This document shows, one piece after another, positions 18,754 to 28,271 of a stretch of 64,000 nt of DNA. Within the stretch, counting starts at the first letter, position 1. The number at the start of each line of letters is the position of its first letter. The notes under the pieces were generated by a model. The model worked only from the letters and a program-made list of their open reading frames with translations. It was not told where the DNA came from and did not search any database. Origin of the DNA: Bacillota bacterium (GTDB lineage Bacteria > Bacillota > Clostridia > Christensenellales > UBA1242); assembly GCA_009784665.1 (NCBI GenBank), contig WRBH01000001.1:7267-71266 (forward strand). The letters run 5' to 3'. The translations under genes were made by a program, and so were the position numbers.

Positions 18754-18765
18754 ACCTCTTTTTTT
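18741..18765. terminator. bidirectional hairpin at a convergent gene junction
   Basis: A-run, AGAGG (18744-18748), loop ATTAGA containing both stop codons (TTAG at 18750-18753), CCTCT (18755-18759), T-run. Confidence 0.5.
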
Positions 18766-19175
18766 ATAATGATTCGTGTGTGACGGACAATCCATTTTTT
18801 CATCCGCAATGCTAACCACGCCATAAAAATACCATAAGCAATCAATGTTAGTGTCGGGACAAGTGCAAACCCCAAAACATTTATATCGCCACCATCTCCT
18901 GAGGGCAAGACCCAAAACATAATTGAGAATGCTAATGCAATCAACATTGGCCCAAATAACAGAAGCAACACAGTTCGAAGGAACAGAAAAAGCGGACTGC
19001 CATAGAATTCATGCTGTCTTCCATCTATTATTGTGTGTTTTGACACCCAACGCTCTCTGAAGCACATTGCAAATGGCAGGGCCAATCCCATCGTAAAGGT
19101 TATTGCTAAAACAATAGTTGTATTTGTAATTATCCACATGAAAACTCCACCAGTAAATTTTGATTCTTTTTCCAT
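18750..19175 (-). CDS. small integral membrane protein (141 aa)
   Basis: Three to four predicted hydrophobic helices. Loosely resembles DUF898/YjgN. Confidence 0.6.
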   Translation of the reverse strand: MEKESKFTGGVFMWIITNTTIVLAITFTMGLALPFAMCFRERWVSKHTIIDGRQHEFYGSPLFLFLRTVLLLLFGPMLIALAFSIMFWVLPSGDGGDINVLGFALVPTLTLIAYGIFMAWLALRMKKWIVRHTRIIIKKEV

Positions 19176-19194
19176 GCCTTAATTATACCCATAC

Positions 19195-20376
19195 CTAAAA
19201 TACCCTGTCAATCGAGTTCGCGTTCTCGCCTTCAATCAGTTGGGCGATTTGAAATATCTGCTCCGAAGTGAGGCTTCCTTCTGTATGCGGCAAGATAGAC
19301 GCCTGCCCCAACAGTTCGCTTAACTGGGATATGTTGGCCATCATTCGCCCCGAGAAGGCAACACTCTCATTAACATCCTTCGTCGCGGGCGAATTAAGCA
19401 ATTTCTTTTTGGCAAATATTGTGTTGTCAATTGTATTAAATGGGTCGTGCAGGTCTATTTGCTCTAACCCCATCTCGCCGTCAAGATTGATATCATAATG
19501 CACCCCGAATACTTGCCTTAGGATTTTCCTCCTGTATACTGGACTGCTTAATTCTTTTTCCGAAAATCTCAGCAAGGTTCCCTTCCGTGCCCTTGGCACA
19601 TAAAAGCCATCTTCGCCGGATACTACAAGGGCGTTAAGCGACCATTCGTTTTTTGCATTTGCTTCCATAACAAATATATTGTCCGCCCCAATTTCCAGTT
19701 GATCCAATACCTCACCCTCGATTTCATTTTCATCGCGTGACTCGCCTCGTAATTCCTTTTGTCGCTGGTCGTGTTTCTCCTTTTCTTTTTCCCTCCATCT
19801 TTCAAATTCTATTACTACCGCTTCCTTCAGTAACTCACAGGCGACTTCTATATCTTCCTCGCTTGGCTGGTATCCAAGATAATATCTCGCATTATCCTGT
19901 TCCAAATCTTTTAAAAAGTACTGCTTGTACACATCTACCAATGCAAAGGCTCCCCTCTCGAGGCTCATTTCATTTCTATTACCTTTCCAGATATGTTTTT
20001 CCGCTTTCTCTTTAAGATCCTGTATTGCACACCTGACACACATTGCGTCCGCCCCAAAATATCCCAACACAGTATTATAATTTTTGCTGTCCCCCAATAT
20101 TTTATCCAGAGAACCTGCATCTCTTAATTCCTTAATTTGCTCTAAATTACCATCAAGTACATTATCCCATCGAAGGGAACCAATTGCCTGATTTGTATAT
20201 TTTTTCGCATTTGATTTGGCATTACCAACCACCCAGGGATCAAGACCATAAAACCTGATATCTACAGACTCGTCATGCCCGAAACCGATTGTTTTTTCTT
20301 CATGTCGATTTGAAACAAACCACTTTTCGATCTCGGTGAATTCCGGGTCTACCCACACATGCTTGTATTCTCTCAT
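19195..20376 (-). CDS. hypothetical protein (393 aa)
   Basis: Long intact ORF that overlaps the upstream tag stop by 4 nt, suggesting one operon. I recognise no motifs. Confidence 0.6.
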   Translation of the reverse strand: MREYKHVWVDPEFTEIEKWFVSNRHEEKTIGFGHDESVDIRFYGLDPWVVGNAKSNAKKYTNQAIGSLRWDNVLDGNLEQIKELRDAGSLDKILGDSKNYNTVLGYFGADAMCVRCAIQDLKEKAEKHIWKGNRNEMSLERGAFALVDVYKQYFLKDLEQDNARYYLGYQPSEEDIEVACELLKEAVVIEFERWREKEKEKHDQRQKELRGESRDENEIEGEVLDQLEIGADNIFVMEANAKNEWSLNALVVSGEDGFYVPRARKGTLLRFSEKELSSPVYRRKILRQVFGVHYDINLDGEMGLEQIDLHDPFNTIDNTIFAKKKLLNSPATKDVNESVAFSGRMMANISQLSELLGQASILPHTEGSLTSEQIFQIAQLIEGENANSIDRVF

Positions 20377-20936
20377 AACTCCTCTCTTCTAAAACATCCC
20401 ACCAAATGGTCATTGACAACACCTATTGCCTGTAACCACGCATAGATAATCGTCGAGCCTACGAAACGGAAACCGCGTCTCTTTAAATCCTTACTGATTT
20501 TGTCACTCAGCGGCGTCGAAGCAGGAATTTCTTCCATTGCTTTGAAATTATTTTTGATGACCTCTCCATTTGTAAAACCCCAGACATAATTACTGAAGCT
20601 GCCGAATTCCTTTTGGATTTCCAAAAATTTCTGGGCATTACTAATAATTGCTCGAATTTTTAATTGATTTCGCACGATTCCCGCATTTTGCATTAATTCC
20701 TCGTATTTCTTCTCGTCATACCGCGAAATCGTTTCGATATCAAAATTATCAAATGCTTTATGAAAATTGTCCCATTTATACAAAATTGTTCGCCACATCA
20801 GACCCGCCTGCATCAAATCAAGACTAAGTTTCGCGAATAACATCTGATCATCATGCACGGGCACACCCCACACCTCGTCATGGTATTTTTCCATCAGCAT
20901 ATTACCTTGTGGCCAGCCACATCGAATTTTATCCAT
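20373..20936 (-). CDS. tag: DNA-3-methyladenine glycosylase I
   Basis: RCGWPQGN..YHDEVWGVPVHDD..LFAKLSLDLMQAGL.W matches the Tag family. Confidence 0.92.
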   Translation of the reverse strand: MDKIRCGWPQGNMLMEKYHDEVWGVPVHDDQMLFAKLSLDLMQAGLMWRTILYKWDNFHKAFDNFDIETISRYDEKKYEELMQNAGIVRNQLKIRAIISNAQKFLEIQKEFGSFSNYVWGFTNGEVIKNNFKAMEEIPASTPLSDKISKDLKRRGFRFVGSTIIYAWLQAIGVVNDHLVGCFRREEL

Positions 20937-20939
20937 CTA

Positions 20940-21626
20940 TCAGACCTCCCTTTCATCGAATTTTCTTCTTTTAAAATCCCTGCCGTACATAGCCGCGTCT
21001 ATTTCCTTTGGGCGTTCCTCGTATGGGAGATCATTCTGCCTATCCCAGTCTCGTATTGCCCACAGATCTGGCATATCCTCCCGTGCTAACTCTCCCTTCA
21101 GGGCGAGAGTTTGTTGAAAGTGCTTCATCTCGTGCAGAACGGTTTCTTGGAATTGACCAAGGGCCAAGTTGTTAGTCCGCAAAGTAATCAACCCTGATGA
21201 AGGCGTATGTTTCCCAAGGGCTATGGACCTTTTTTTTACCCCTTTTATCGCAAAGTGTAACATTGCAAGGCAAAACACTAACCCTATAATAGGTTCCAGA
21301 ACTCCCCCAACGCCTATAGCTGTGTTCAGATGCAACCCAATTAACCCACCAGCGATTGCCCTGTAATCCCACTTTGGATTGTATGAATCCATCTTCTCCA
21401 GAAGTATACGGCCTTCAGGCGTTCCTAATTCTTTTGCGACCTCTTGGGCGATTGTATTTGCTAAATTCAATCGCTCGCCTTGGGTAAGCTTTTCAAAAGC
21501 TCCCTGATCCATCCTTTGGGCTTCCTCAAAGGTAAAGTGTCTGTCCGAGGTGCTTTCGTAAAGGGTTCTTTTATCCTCACCTTCTGGTTTAACACGACGA
21601 ATTTCCTGCCAGGGATTACTGAACAT
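20940..21626 (-). CDS. hypothetical membrane-associated protein with HExxH-like motif
   Basis: 228 aa with a central hydrophobic pair of helices and LHEMKH. The family is unknown. Confidence 0.5.
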   Translation of the reverse strand: MFSNPWQEIRRVKPEGEDKRTLYESTSDRHFTFEEAQRMDQGAFEKLTQGERLNLANTIAQEVAKELGTPEGRILLEKMDSYNPKWDYRAIAGGLIGLHLNTAIGVGGVLEPIIGLVFCLAMLHFAIKGVKKRSIALGKHTPSSGLITLRTNNLALGQFQETVLHEMKHFQQTLALKGELAREDMPDLWAIRDWDRQNDLPYEERPKEIDAAMYGRDFKRRKFDEREV

Positions 21627-21629
21627 TGT

Positions 21630-22799
21630 TTATCTCCTTGCTCTTTTCGTTTTGTTACGCTTTGGCTTCTTGGTTATGAAGTCCATTGCTAAGAGTACAC
21701 CGAACGCGAAAACGATTACCATAGTCACAAGCATCCAGTAATCGAACCACTCGCCAGGAGCAATCGAACCATCAACCTCCAACGCGCCCATCCCGCCATC
21801 GCCCAAGGCACTGACTCGCACCAGAATGTCCCCAACCTGACGGGTGGTCAAGACGGTCGTATCCGCCGCCTCCAGCCTGCGAATAATTGCACCATGTGGG
21901 TGACCGAAGCTGTTCGCCCCAACCTGGATAATTGCGTATGTTGGGTTAATTGCGTTTATCAAGGCTTGGCTTGTACTTGTTGTACTGCCGTGATGGGAAA
22001 CATCCAAAACATCGACACTAATCGAGTTACTGCCAAGATACGCCAGCATATCAACCTCGCACGCCACATATGAATCACCGGTGAACATTATTGTTCTCCC
22101 TGCGAAAGTTATTGTGAAGATTGTGCTCAGTCTGTTTAACGCATCGAAATGGTGTCCATTAGGGGAGAGAAACCGAACCTGGGCCCCTCCTAAGTCTGAC
22201 TGAATCTCTTTACCGCGGTATGGAACCGAAATGGTAGCAGAACTGGTCGCTAGCTTCCTTGTAAAATCTTGCATTAAGCGGGTGTTGTGAACCATGACTG
22301 GGGCCGACAAACCAAATAATGCTGGTACACTACTATCGATTTCGTATTGCGTGAATGCCAAAGGCCGTATCACATGTCCGACGGTATAATTTGCCAAAAG
22401 GTAATATCCAGCCCCGATATGGTCAGCATGGGAATGAGTTGCAACAAAGTAATCCACAACTCGCGGAGTATCCCCTGGGAAGATGTGGGTTCGTAGGTAA
22501 TTGCTGAACGCGTTTCTTGATGCGTTTGTATTTGTGCCTGCGTCGACTATCATAATTCTTTCGTTTGGGAAACGAATTACTGCGGCGTCACCTTGACCTA
22601 CATCTATAAAATGTACATCCAGGCCTCCATCAAAGGTTATATCCACAGGTGGCATCTCGTTACCAAAAATTTGCCGATTCGCAAAGTCGGTAATTACTCC
22701 ATTCCAAATAAATCCAACGCCACAGGCGACGACTATCAATAAAAACGCCGCCAATCGGGGCCAGAAAAACTTCTTCCTCTTAAATTTTACCATACACAA
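21630..22799 (-). CDS. ComEC/Rec2-related metallo-beta-lactamase fold protein, membrane anchored
   Basis: HFIDVGQGDAAVI, DAGT, ATHSHADHIGAG and SHHGS motifs, with N- and C-terminal TM segments. Confidence 0.8.
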   Translation of the reverse strand: MCMVKFKRKKFFWPRLAAFLLIVVACGVGFIWNGVITDFANRQIFGNEMPPVDITFDGGLDVHFIDVGQGDAAVIRFPNERIMIVDAGTNTNASRNAFSNYLRTHIFPGDTPRVVDYFVATHSHADHIGAGYYLLANYTVGHVIRPLAFTQYEIDSSVPALFGLSAPVMVHNTRLMQDFTRKLATSSATISVPYRGKEIQSDLGGAQVRFLSPNGHHFDALNRLSTIFTITFAGRTIMFTGDSYVACEVDMLAYLGSNSISVDVLDVSHHGSTTSTSQALINAINPTYAIIQVGANSFGHPHGAIIRRLEAADTTVLTTRQVGDILVRVSALGDGGMGALEVDGSIAPGEWFDYWMLVTMVIVFAFGVLLAMDFITKKPKRNKTKRARR

Positions 22800-22805
22800 A
22801 ATATA

Positions 22806-23294
22806 CTATTTTTCAGCATCTTTTGCAACTTTATTGTTTAATGAAAAAACTACCAGCCCAACTATCCCCAAAATGATAAGTAACGGGGCACCCGAAAGTA
22901 ACCCAGCCCAAGACCTCAGGTCGATGCTTGCACTACCCCTAGTTATTGGACTAATGACAATTGTTAAAAGTGCGACGACTAGCAATATCGAATTGAATAT
23001 CAAAGCAGCCCTTCTGTGAGGTATTATCATCAAAATAATTGCCGCGATGATCGCAATCGTATATAGAAGCACAAGAATCAATATCCATACACCCCCGTGG
23101 CTAAATAGCTCCAGAACAAGCCCTACCGCACTTCTGTGCCTGTGCCCCATGCCAGACCAATCCATCCACATTCCATTTCCAAGATACTCGCCACCTCCGG
23201 TGAAATAAGCAACTACTGTTATCGGTACGACAAGTATAATAACCAATGCCACCACGGCATTCGCAATAGCCAGAATTCGCACCTTCTTCGTCAT
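22806..23294 (-). CDS. integral membrane protein (162 aa)
   Basis: Four hydrophobic helices. First gene of the minus-strand run 23294-19195. Confidence 0.6.
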   Translation of the reverse strand: MTKKVRILAIANAVVALVIILVVPITVVAYFTGGGEYLGNGMWMDWSGMGHRHRSAVGLVLELFSHGGVWILILVLLYTIAIIAAIILMIIPHRRAALIFNSILLVVALLTIVISPITRGSASIDLRSWAGLLSGAPLLIILGIVGLVVFSLNNKVAKDAEK

Positions 23295-23341
23295 CTATTT
23301 CCCAGTGTACCATATACCCAGATATATGATATAGTAACAAT

Positions 23342-23935
23342 ATGAACTTTGAAAAATATGACGCTGAAAAGCACGGAGCAACCATTGAAGATTGGCGTCG
23401 TAGGTTTGGATTCATAGATTATGGATATTCCCTAGGTACGCGTGACGCCGTTGCTTTTTTTGTTGCAATTCCGATAATGGTAATAATTTTTCTGATAGCA
23501 GAATTTGTTATTGAAATACCCATTAACCTAACACTTGTCGTCGTGTTTATTCCATTTTTGTGTGTATTCGCGTACATACTAACCCGCCCCAGGGATAACC
23601 ATAGAAAGAAAGTGGCATCCATCAATCAAAATGCAAAAGTGGCAATAGGAACAATATCCAAGGTTCAAACATGCGACCGCATGAACCGCTGGGGGGCTCA
23701 GAATATTCGCAAGCGCAGTATGCGGGTGGAATATTCGTTCCTTGACGAGGTCGGTAATACGCGGGAGGCAATTGGCTTGCTTGTCATCCAGAGCGATGTC
23801 CACCTAAATTCGCTTAATACCATGAATTGGGCACGGGAAACCTATATCGGCAAAGAGGTTCTTGTTGCGTTCAATGACAAGTACTCACTCATCCTTGATA
23901 TCGAGACCTCATTGCAAGTAACTGAGGCTATATGA
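23342..23935 (+). CDS. membrane protein (197 aa)
   Basis: Two TM helices followed by a soluble C-terminal domain. Extended -10 TGATATAGT lies 6 nt before the ATG. Confidence 0.55.
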   Translation: MNFEKYDAEKHGATIEDWRRRFGFIDYGYSLGTRDAVAFFVAIPIMVIIFLIAEFVIEIPINLTLVVVFIPFLCVFAYILTRPRDNHRKKVASINQNAKVAIGTISKVQTCDRMNRWGAQNIRKRSMRVEYSFLDEVGNTREAIGLLVIQSDVHLNSLNTMNWARETYIGKEVLVAFNDKYSLILDIETSLQVTEAI

Positions 23936-23950
23936 TACAATCATTGTCGG

Positions 23951-24658
23951 ATGGCAGGCAGAAGAAAGTTTTTTAAAGAGTTCTCCAAAGATTGGAACAA
24001 GTTCGAGTTCACAATGCTGGTTCTTGGTTTTGTCGTACCAATTATCCTAGGTATAATTTTTAACAGCAGTGCTTTGGAAATTATCACAAGTGTTTTCTTT
24101 ATTACCGCAATGCTTTTAATTGCAAAGGCAAGGATCGAGGGATTTATTTTGGCACTCATAGCCTATACCCTGTACATCATTGTCTCTTTCCAGAAGGGAT
24201 TATTCGGAGAAGTTATTACGATTGGGCTATTTTCCATCCCTATAACAATCTGGACGATAATATCTTGGTCGCGGAAAGCCAGACAGAAAAAACAAATCTC
24301 TACCGTTCAAATTGAAGGCGTCCGCATTGGGGAACTTTCTTTACTGATTCTGTCGCAACTGGTCATGGGAGTCGGGTATTATTTTCTGTTGCGTGCGTTA
24401 GGCACGAATTTCCTCATAGTCTCAACAATCGCACTCGCCGTAAATGTGATGGGGGACTATCTGTGTGCCAGACGAAATATCTTGGGGCCTTTTGCATATG
24501 TCCTGTATGATGTTTTGACGATTACATTGTGGATGATGGTATTCCTAAGCGGCGTTACCAGTGCGATTGTTATTCTGGCGATGCAAGTGGTTGTATTCAT
24601 CAACGATACATATGGCACTATAAATTGGGCAAAGTTGGCAAAGGAAAATAAGGATTAA
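23951..24658 (+). CDS. pnuC: nicotinamide riboside transporter PnuC family
   Basis: 235 aa with 7-8 TM helices and the PnuC-like pattern (LIAKARIEGF..., WTIISW). Confidence 0.8.
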   Translation: MAGRRKFFKEFSKDWNKFEFTMLVLGFVVPIILGIIFNSSALEIITSVFFITAMLLIAKARIEGFILALIAYTLYIIVSFQKGLFGEVITIGLFSIPITIWTIISWSRKARQKKQISTVQIEGVRIGELSLLILSQLVMGVGYYFLLRALGTNFLIVSTIALAVNVMGDYLCARRNILGPFAYVLYDVLTITLWMMVFLSGVTSAIVILAMQVVVFINDTYGTINWAKLAKENKD

Positions 24659-24682
24659 GATATTTATTTGGATTTAACAGCT

Positions 24683-25906
24683 TCAATAACCTCTGCGTAT
24701 AAGTTTGTACTCTCCTATCCTGATCATATCGTTTATGAATTCCAGTGGCTGGCAAATCTCATGCCAATAGCCTGTTATACTGAATCCATCAACTAAAACA
24801 GCATACTCAATCTTTCTACGCTTTTTTCCAGTCTCTTCATCGATATAATGTTCCACAAAGCTACCCCACTGATTTTTACCGAACATCTTTTTATCATATT
24901 CCTCAAACCAAAAATCGTCATCGTCATAATACCAAAGTTCTCCATCTATTTCCAACACAGAGTTGTATTCACCTTGCTCAAGGGGCTTTGGATTTTTGAT
25001 TGCTTGATGTTTCTTTGTTTTGTCTATAGGCTTGTGCCCCAAAAGCTTATTTAATTCGTCCATTCTCTCTTTTATATGATCCTGTGAAACATTCACCAAC
25101 ATTTTCTCATATTCTATAAGACTTTGCTTTTTAGATTCGTCCAACTCTGGCAATTGAAGCAGCCATTTCTTCCTGTAAAAAGTGATAACTCGCCTTGAGG
25201 CTTCTGGTAAAATTTTAAATGCCTTATCTAGCAGCAATTTTAACCTTTTCACTTTTTCAGTGTAATCCTCAGCATATCTTGATAAAGCCCTATCTAAATT
25301 CGGGGCATAAATTGCGAACAGCAAATGGTGATACATGTGAAATAGAATAAGAATTAATGGTAAAATTTCTACTACATCTTCCTTCACCATTTCGTAGCTG
25401 AATGATACTTGCTGGCTGACCCTAGTCGAATGGACAAATTTACCTAACATTTTGTAGAAATCCTTCATTTGGGCTAACCCCTTATCATCATCGCTCAACT
25501 TAATATAGTCGTAAATCCCTCTTTGAAGGTTTTTTCCCTTATCATCTATCCAGTCACAGAGAATAGTGCCAGTTTTATCATGAACGGCCGCCTTGGCAAT
25601 AATGAAAAATTCAACAACAGGGCGCAATGATAATGTAGCAAGTCCAACGCGACCGTGCGTAACACAATCTATTGCATTGTATAAACCCAACAACCCCTTA
25701 TGTAGCGCAGCGAAACATATTGAATTTCTGCTTAAATCATGAGGCGGTGGTTCAATCTGATTTAGATAAATTCGGTGACTGTGCTCCAAAATATATTCAA
25801 ATAAATCATAGATTTCTTGCAATAGTTTTATGTACGGTTTATGCTCAGCATCAATTAGTTTCTTGGTGACTTTTATCTCCTCTTCAATTTCTTTAATGGA
25901 TATCAC
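24683..25906 (-). CDS. hypothetical protein (407 aa)
   Basis: Long intact ORF with a GTG start. The N-terminal helical half weakly recalls DUF5677/AbiV-like proteins, which I cannot verify. Confidence 0.55.
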   Translation of the reverse strand: MISIKEIEEEIKVTKKLIDAEHKPYIKLLQEIYDLFEYILEHSHRIYLNQIEPPPHDLSRNSICFAALHKGLLGLYNAIDCVTHGRVGLATLSLRPVVEFFIIAKAAVHDKTGTILCDWIDDKGKNLQRGIYDYIKLSDDDKGLAQMKDFYKMLGKFVHSTRVSQQVSFSYEMVKEDVVEILPLILILFHMYHHLLFAIYAPNLDRALSRYAEDYTEKVKRLKLLLDKAFKILPEASRRVITFYRKKWLLQLPELDESKKQSLIEYEKMLVNVSQDHIKERMDELNKLLGHKPIDKTKKHQAIKNPKPLEQGEYNSVLEIDGELWYYDDDDFWFEEYDKKMFGKNQWGSFVEHYIDEETGKKRRKIEYAVLVDGFSITGYWHEICQPLEFINDMIRIGEYKLIRRGY

Positions 25907-25997
25907 TTCGCATTTCCTTTTATTTTAAGTTTGTCAGGGATGTCGTTATTTTGCTTTTTACTATCCTTTACAAAGCCCAATGAAATATTTGCCTCCT

Positions 25998-26387
25998 TTA
26001 TCCTACCATCAGACACCAACGCAAGCCATATTTATCAATAAGGTCACAGGTGTGCGATGTCCATGCCGCTTTCATAAGTTCCCATTTAACCTCCAAGGCA
26101 TCTGCCTTGAGCATCTTGTATGCTTTTTCGAGTTTCGCAACATCGGATTTATCGTATCGAATGCACATTTGCATTATATTGCCTGTATTTACAGGGCCTT
26201 CAATTGCGGAGTCCCCTTTGCGTTCTGCAAGCCAGAACGACACACCTCTTGAAAGTCGCAACTCCACTAACTCGTATCCGCCGTCTTTCCGCATAAATGT
26301 TTCGCCGAATGTGGCGTCAAAAACCTTTTGGTAATATGCAACTGCCTCATCAATCCCGTCAACATAAGTGAACATTTGTAGTTTCAT
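25998..26387 (-). CDS. VOC/glyoxalase-fold protein (PhnB-like)
   Basis: 129 aa. MKLQMFTYVDGIDEAVAYYQKVFDA is a typical PhnB-like N-terminus. Confidence 0.7.
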   Translation of the reverse strand: MKLQMFTYVDGIDEAVAYYQKVFDATFGETFMRKDGGYELVELRLSRGVSFWLAERKGDSAIEGPVNTGNIMQMCIRYDKSDVAKLEKAYKMLKADALEVKWELMKAAWTSHTCDLIDKYGLRWCLMVG

Positions 26388-27250
26388 TCCGCTCTCTCCT
26401 TTTTGAATTGGACTATCTCTCGAATAAGATCATACGGTATTCCCTTTTTGTATGGAAACTGAATCGCTCCCTTTGTAGTTTTGTAATCTCCCAACTTCGG
26501 CAAGAATTCGGCAACCCCATCCGCCTCTGGATAGAGCCCAAGGTGCTCCTTGCCTGCGTGGAAGTGTACAACCACTTTGCCGTTCAGTTTGTATGTCGGC
26601 ATTCGATATGAGATCTGTTCGGCCACACCAGGAACGCACTCTTTAATCAGTTCTCGAGTCTTAGCGATAATCTCATGGTGTTCAGGGTTCACCTGAGCGA
26701 TGTATTCTTCAACCGTTTGCGTTTCTTTTATCATAAAATTAAAAACTTCTCCATACTTCTTTTTATTACTAGTCATTTTCTCATCTAAAGCTCTTTGACG
26801 CTCTGGAGTGGTACACAATGGTTTTAAAGTCTCATATATTTCCTCGCGCCAATTTGGCCAGCCGCTGTAGTGCTTATTGGCAGCATGTGCAAGGATTAGA
26901 TCGAATGAAGTCGCATGGTCATCTTCTTTAAGAAAACTGGTTATAATGCCAAGCTTATCAATCGCATCAAAAATCACTCTGCCTTTTTCTCCAGCGTTCG
27001 AGTCATCTATCTCTGCCTTCATCATTTCTTCAAGCACTAAAATGCAAAGTTTCATTGCGAGAATCAATTCGTGCTTTTTAATATAATCCGACACCAGATC
27101 CAGTATTTGCTCTGCACCTTTCACAGCCGCCCAAGCTTTCGATCTCCACACATATCCATCTTTACCTAGATTCGTATCTATAGCATCGTTAATAATTTTT
27201 CTTGCATCGGCTAATATCTGTTTCTCTTTAATCATACTCAACTCCTTCAA
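26384..27250 (-). CDS. hypothetical helical domain fused to a DUF1801 (YdhG-like) domain
   Basis: The C-terminal 110 aa (EEYIAQVNPEHHEI...SYRMPTYKLNGKVVVHFHAGKEHLGLYP) fit DUF1801. Has 4-nt overlaps with both neighbours. Confidence 0.65.
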   Translation of the reverse strand: MKELSMIKEKQILADARKIINDAIDTNLGKDGYVWRSKAWAAVKGAEQILDLVSDYIKKHELILAMKLCILVLEEMMKAEIDDSNAGEKGRVIFDAIDKLGIITSFLKEDDHATSFDLILAHAANKHYSGWPNWREEIYETLKPLCTTPERQRALDEKMTSNKKKYGEVFNFMIKETQTVEEYIAQVNPEHHEIIAKTRELIKECVPGVAEQISYRMPTYKLNGKVVVHFHAGKEHLGLYPEADGVAEFLPKLGDYKTTKGAIQFPYKKGIPYDLIREIVQFKKERAE

Positions 27251-27633
27251 TCCTCCTCCCTATACTCTGGCTTATCCCAATCACTCCCGCACTGCAATCC
27301 GAACTCAATAATATCTGTCAACTCAGCGACCTTGTTCTCTTTCATCATGGTCAAAAATGTAAAAATCTTGTCATTGCAAAACTTGTTCAATGTCTTCATA
27401 TCATCTTGCGACAATTGGTCATTTGGACTGGCATGCATATCTTCCACTGGACCATTACGAAAGCAATAGTGCGTCAATGCATGTGAGATCTGTTCCAGTG
27501 GAAATCTTTTCAAGATGTCCATCCCATTAAAGAATTTATCAGTTGTGATACCATGTTCTTCTGCCATGAAATTCAGAAACTCCTGCATCTTCTTGCGTTT
27601 CTTCCAAAACTTCTCTTTTTCTTTCTCAGTCAT
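27247..27633 (-). CDS. hypothetical protein (128 aa)
   Basis: Intact ORF with TGaTATTAT 6 nt before the ATG (leaderless geometry). Confidence 0.55.
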   Translation of the reverse strand: MTEKEKEKFWKKRKKMQEFLNFMAEEHGITTDKFFNGMDILKRFPLEQISHALTHYCFRNGPVEDMHASPNDQLSQDDMKTLNKFCNDKIFTFLTMMKENKVAELTDIIEFGLQCGSDWDKPEYREED

Positions 27634-27690
27634 ACACTTATAATATCACAACTTGCTTACATTTTTCACTAATCTAACATAGATTTCGAC

Positions 27691-27870
27691 TCAATTGGCT
27701 TCGATCTCTTCCTCTTTGGTTCTTTTGCCTGGCAGCACCGGAGGTGGAGAAGTCGGTGGAGGATTTTCACCAATACAATCTCTCATACTTCTACCTACCA
27801 AAAAGTGAATGGGTAATAAAGCGACCTCCAAGATCCCCTCACCAATATTTTGTAGTGTTCTTTTTTTCAT
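27691..27870 (-). CDS. small hypothetical protein (59 aa) immediately 3' of ssrA
   Basis: CGGAGGAAAT-ATG SD/start at 27880-27868, 24 nt after the tmRNA CCA end. The longer track ORF (to 28005) runs into the tmRNA and is rejected. Confidence 0.4.
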   Translation of the reverse strand: MKKRTLQNIGEGILEVALLPIHFLVGRSMRDCIGENPPPTSPPPVLPGKRTKEEEIEAN

Positions 27871-27894
27871 ATTTCCTCCGTTTTCGACAAGACT

Positions 27895-28256
27895 TGGTGG
27901 AAGCGCCGGGATTGAACCCGGGTCCGAATGGCCGCCCAATTGATTTTCTACATGCTTAGTCACTTTGCTTTGAACTGCACACCTTACTTCTAGCGACAGA
28001 GACAAGGGTGAGACCGAGATATTTAGGTAGATACTCCTCCCGATAGAAAGTAACTACACAAGGCACTTTGTTGCCCCTGGGTCAGTAAAAGTGCGAAACT
28101 GTTTCCAGGGTTAGACCTTAAGCAGCCAGGGCCAAGTGGCCGTGACCAGCGTAAGAGGTCGAAGTAGATGTTTTTGCATCTAAAATTTGTTGCGTTTGAG
28201 GGCGCCCCCTGCATGCTTGTCAATCTTCTCTCCACCCGTCGAGTACTTTCGCCCCC
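27895..28256 (-). ncRNA. ssrA: transfer-messenger RNA (tmRNA)
   Basis: The 5' GGGGGCG pairs with the 3' CGCUUCC-ACCA and includes a G3-U pair. T-arm GGTTCAATCCCGG. Tag reading frame from GCA at 28177 to TAA at 28120-28118 encodes AKTSTSTSYAGHGHLALAA. 362 nt long. Confidence 0.93.
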
Positions 28257-28271
28257 ATACAGATATGCTTT

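Noticed and set aside
19130-19138. Perfect DnaA box TTATCCACA
   Set aside because: It is a single occurrence inside a coding region, with no cluster, AT-rich unwinding element or dnaA/dnaN nearby. Gene orientation does not switch in the window, so this is not an origin.
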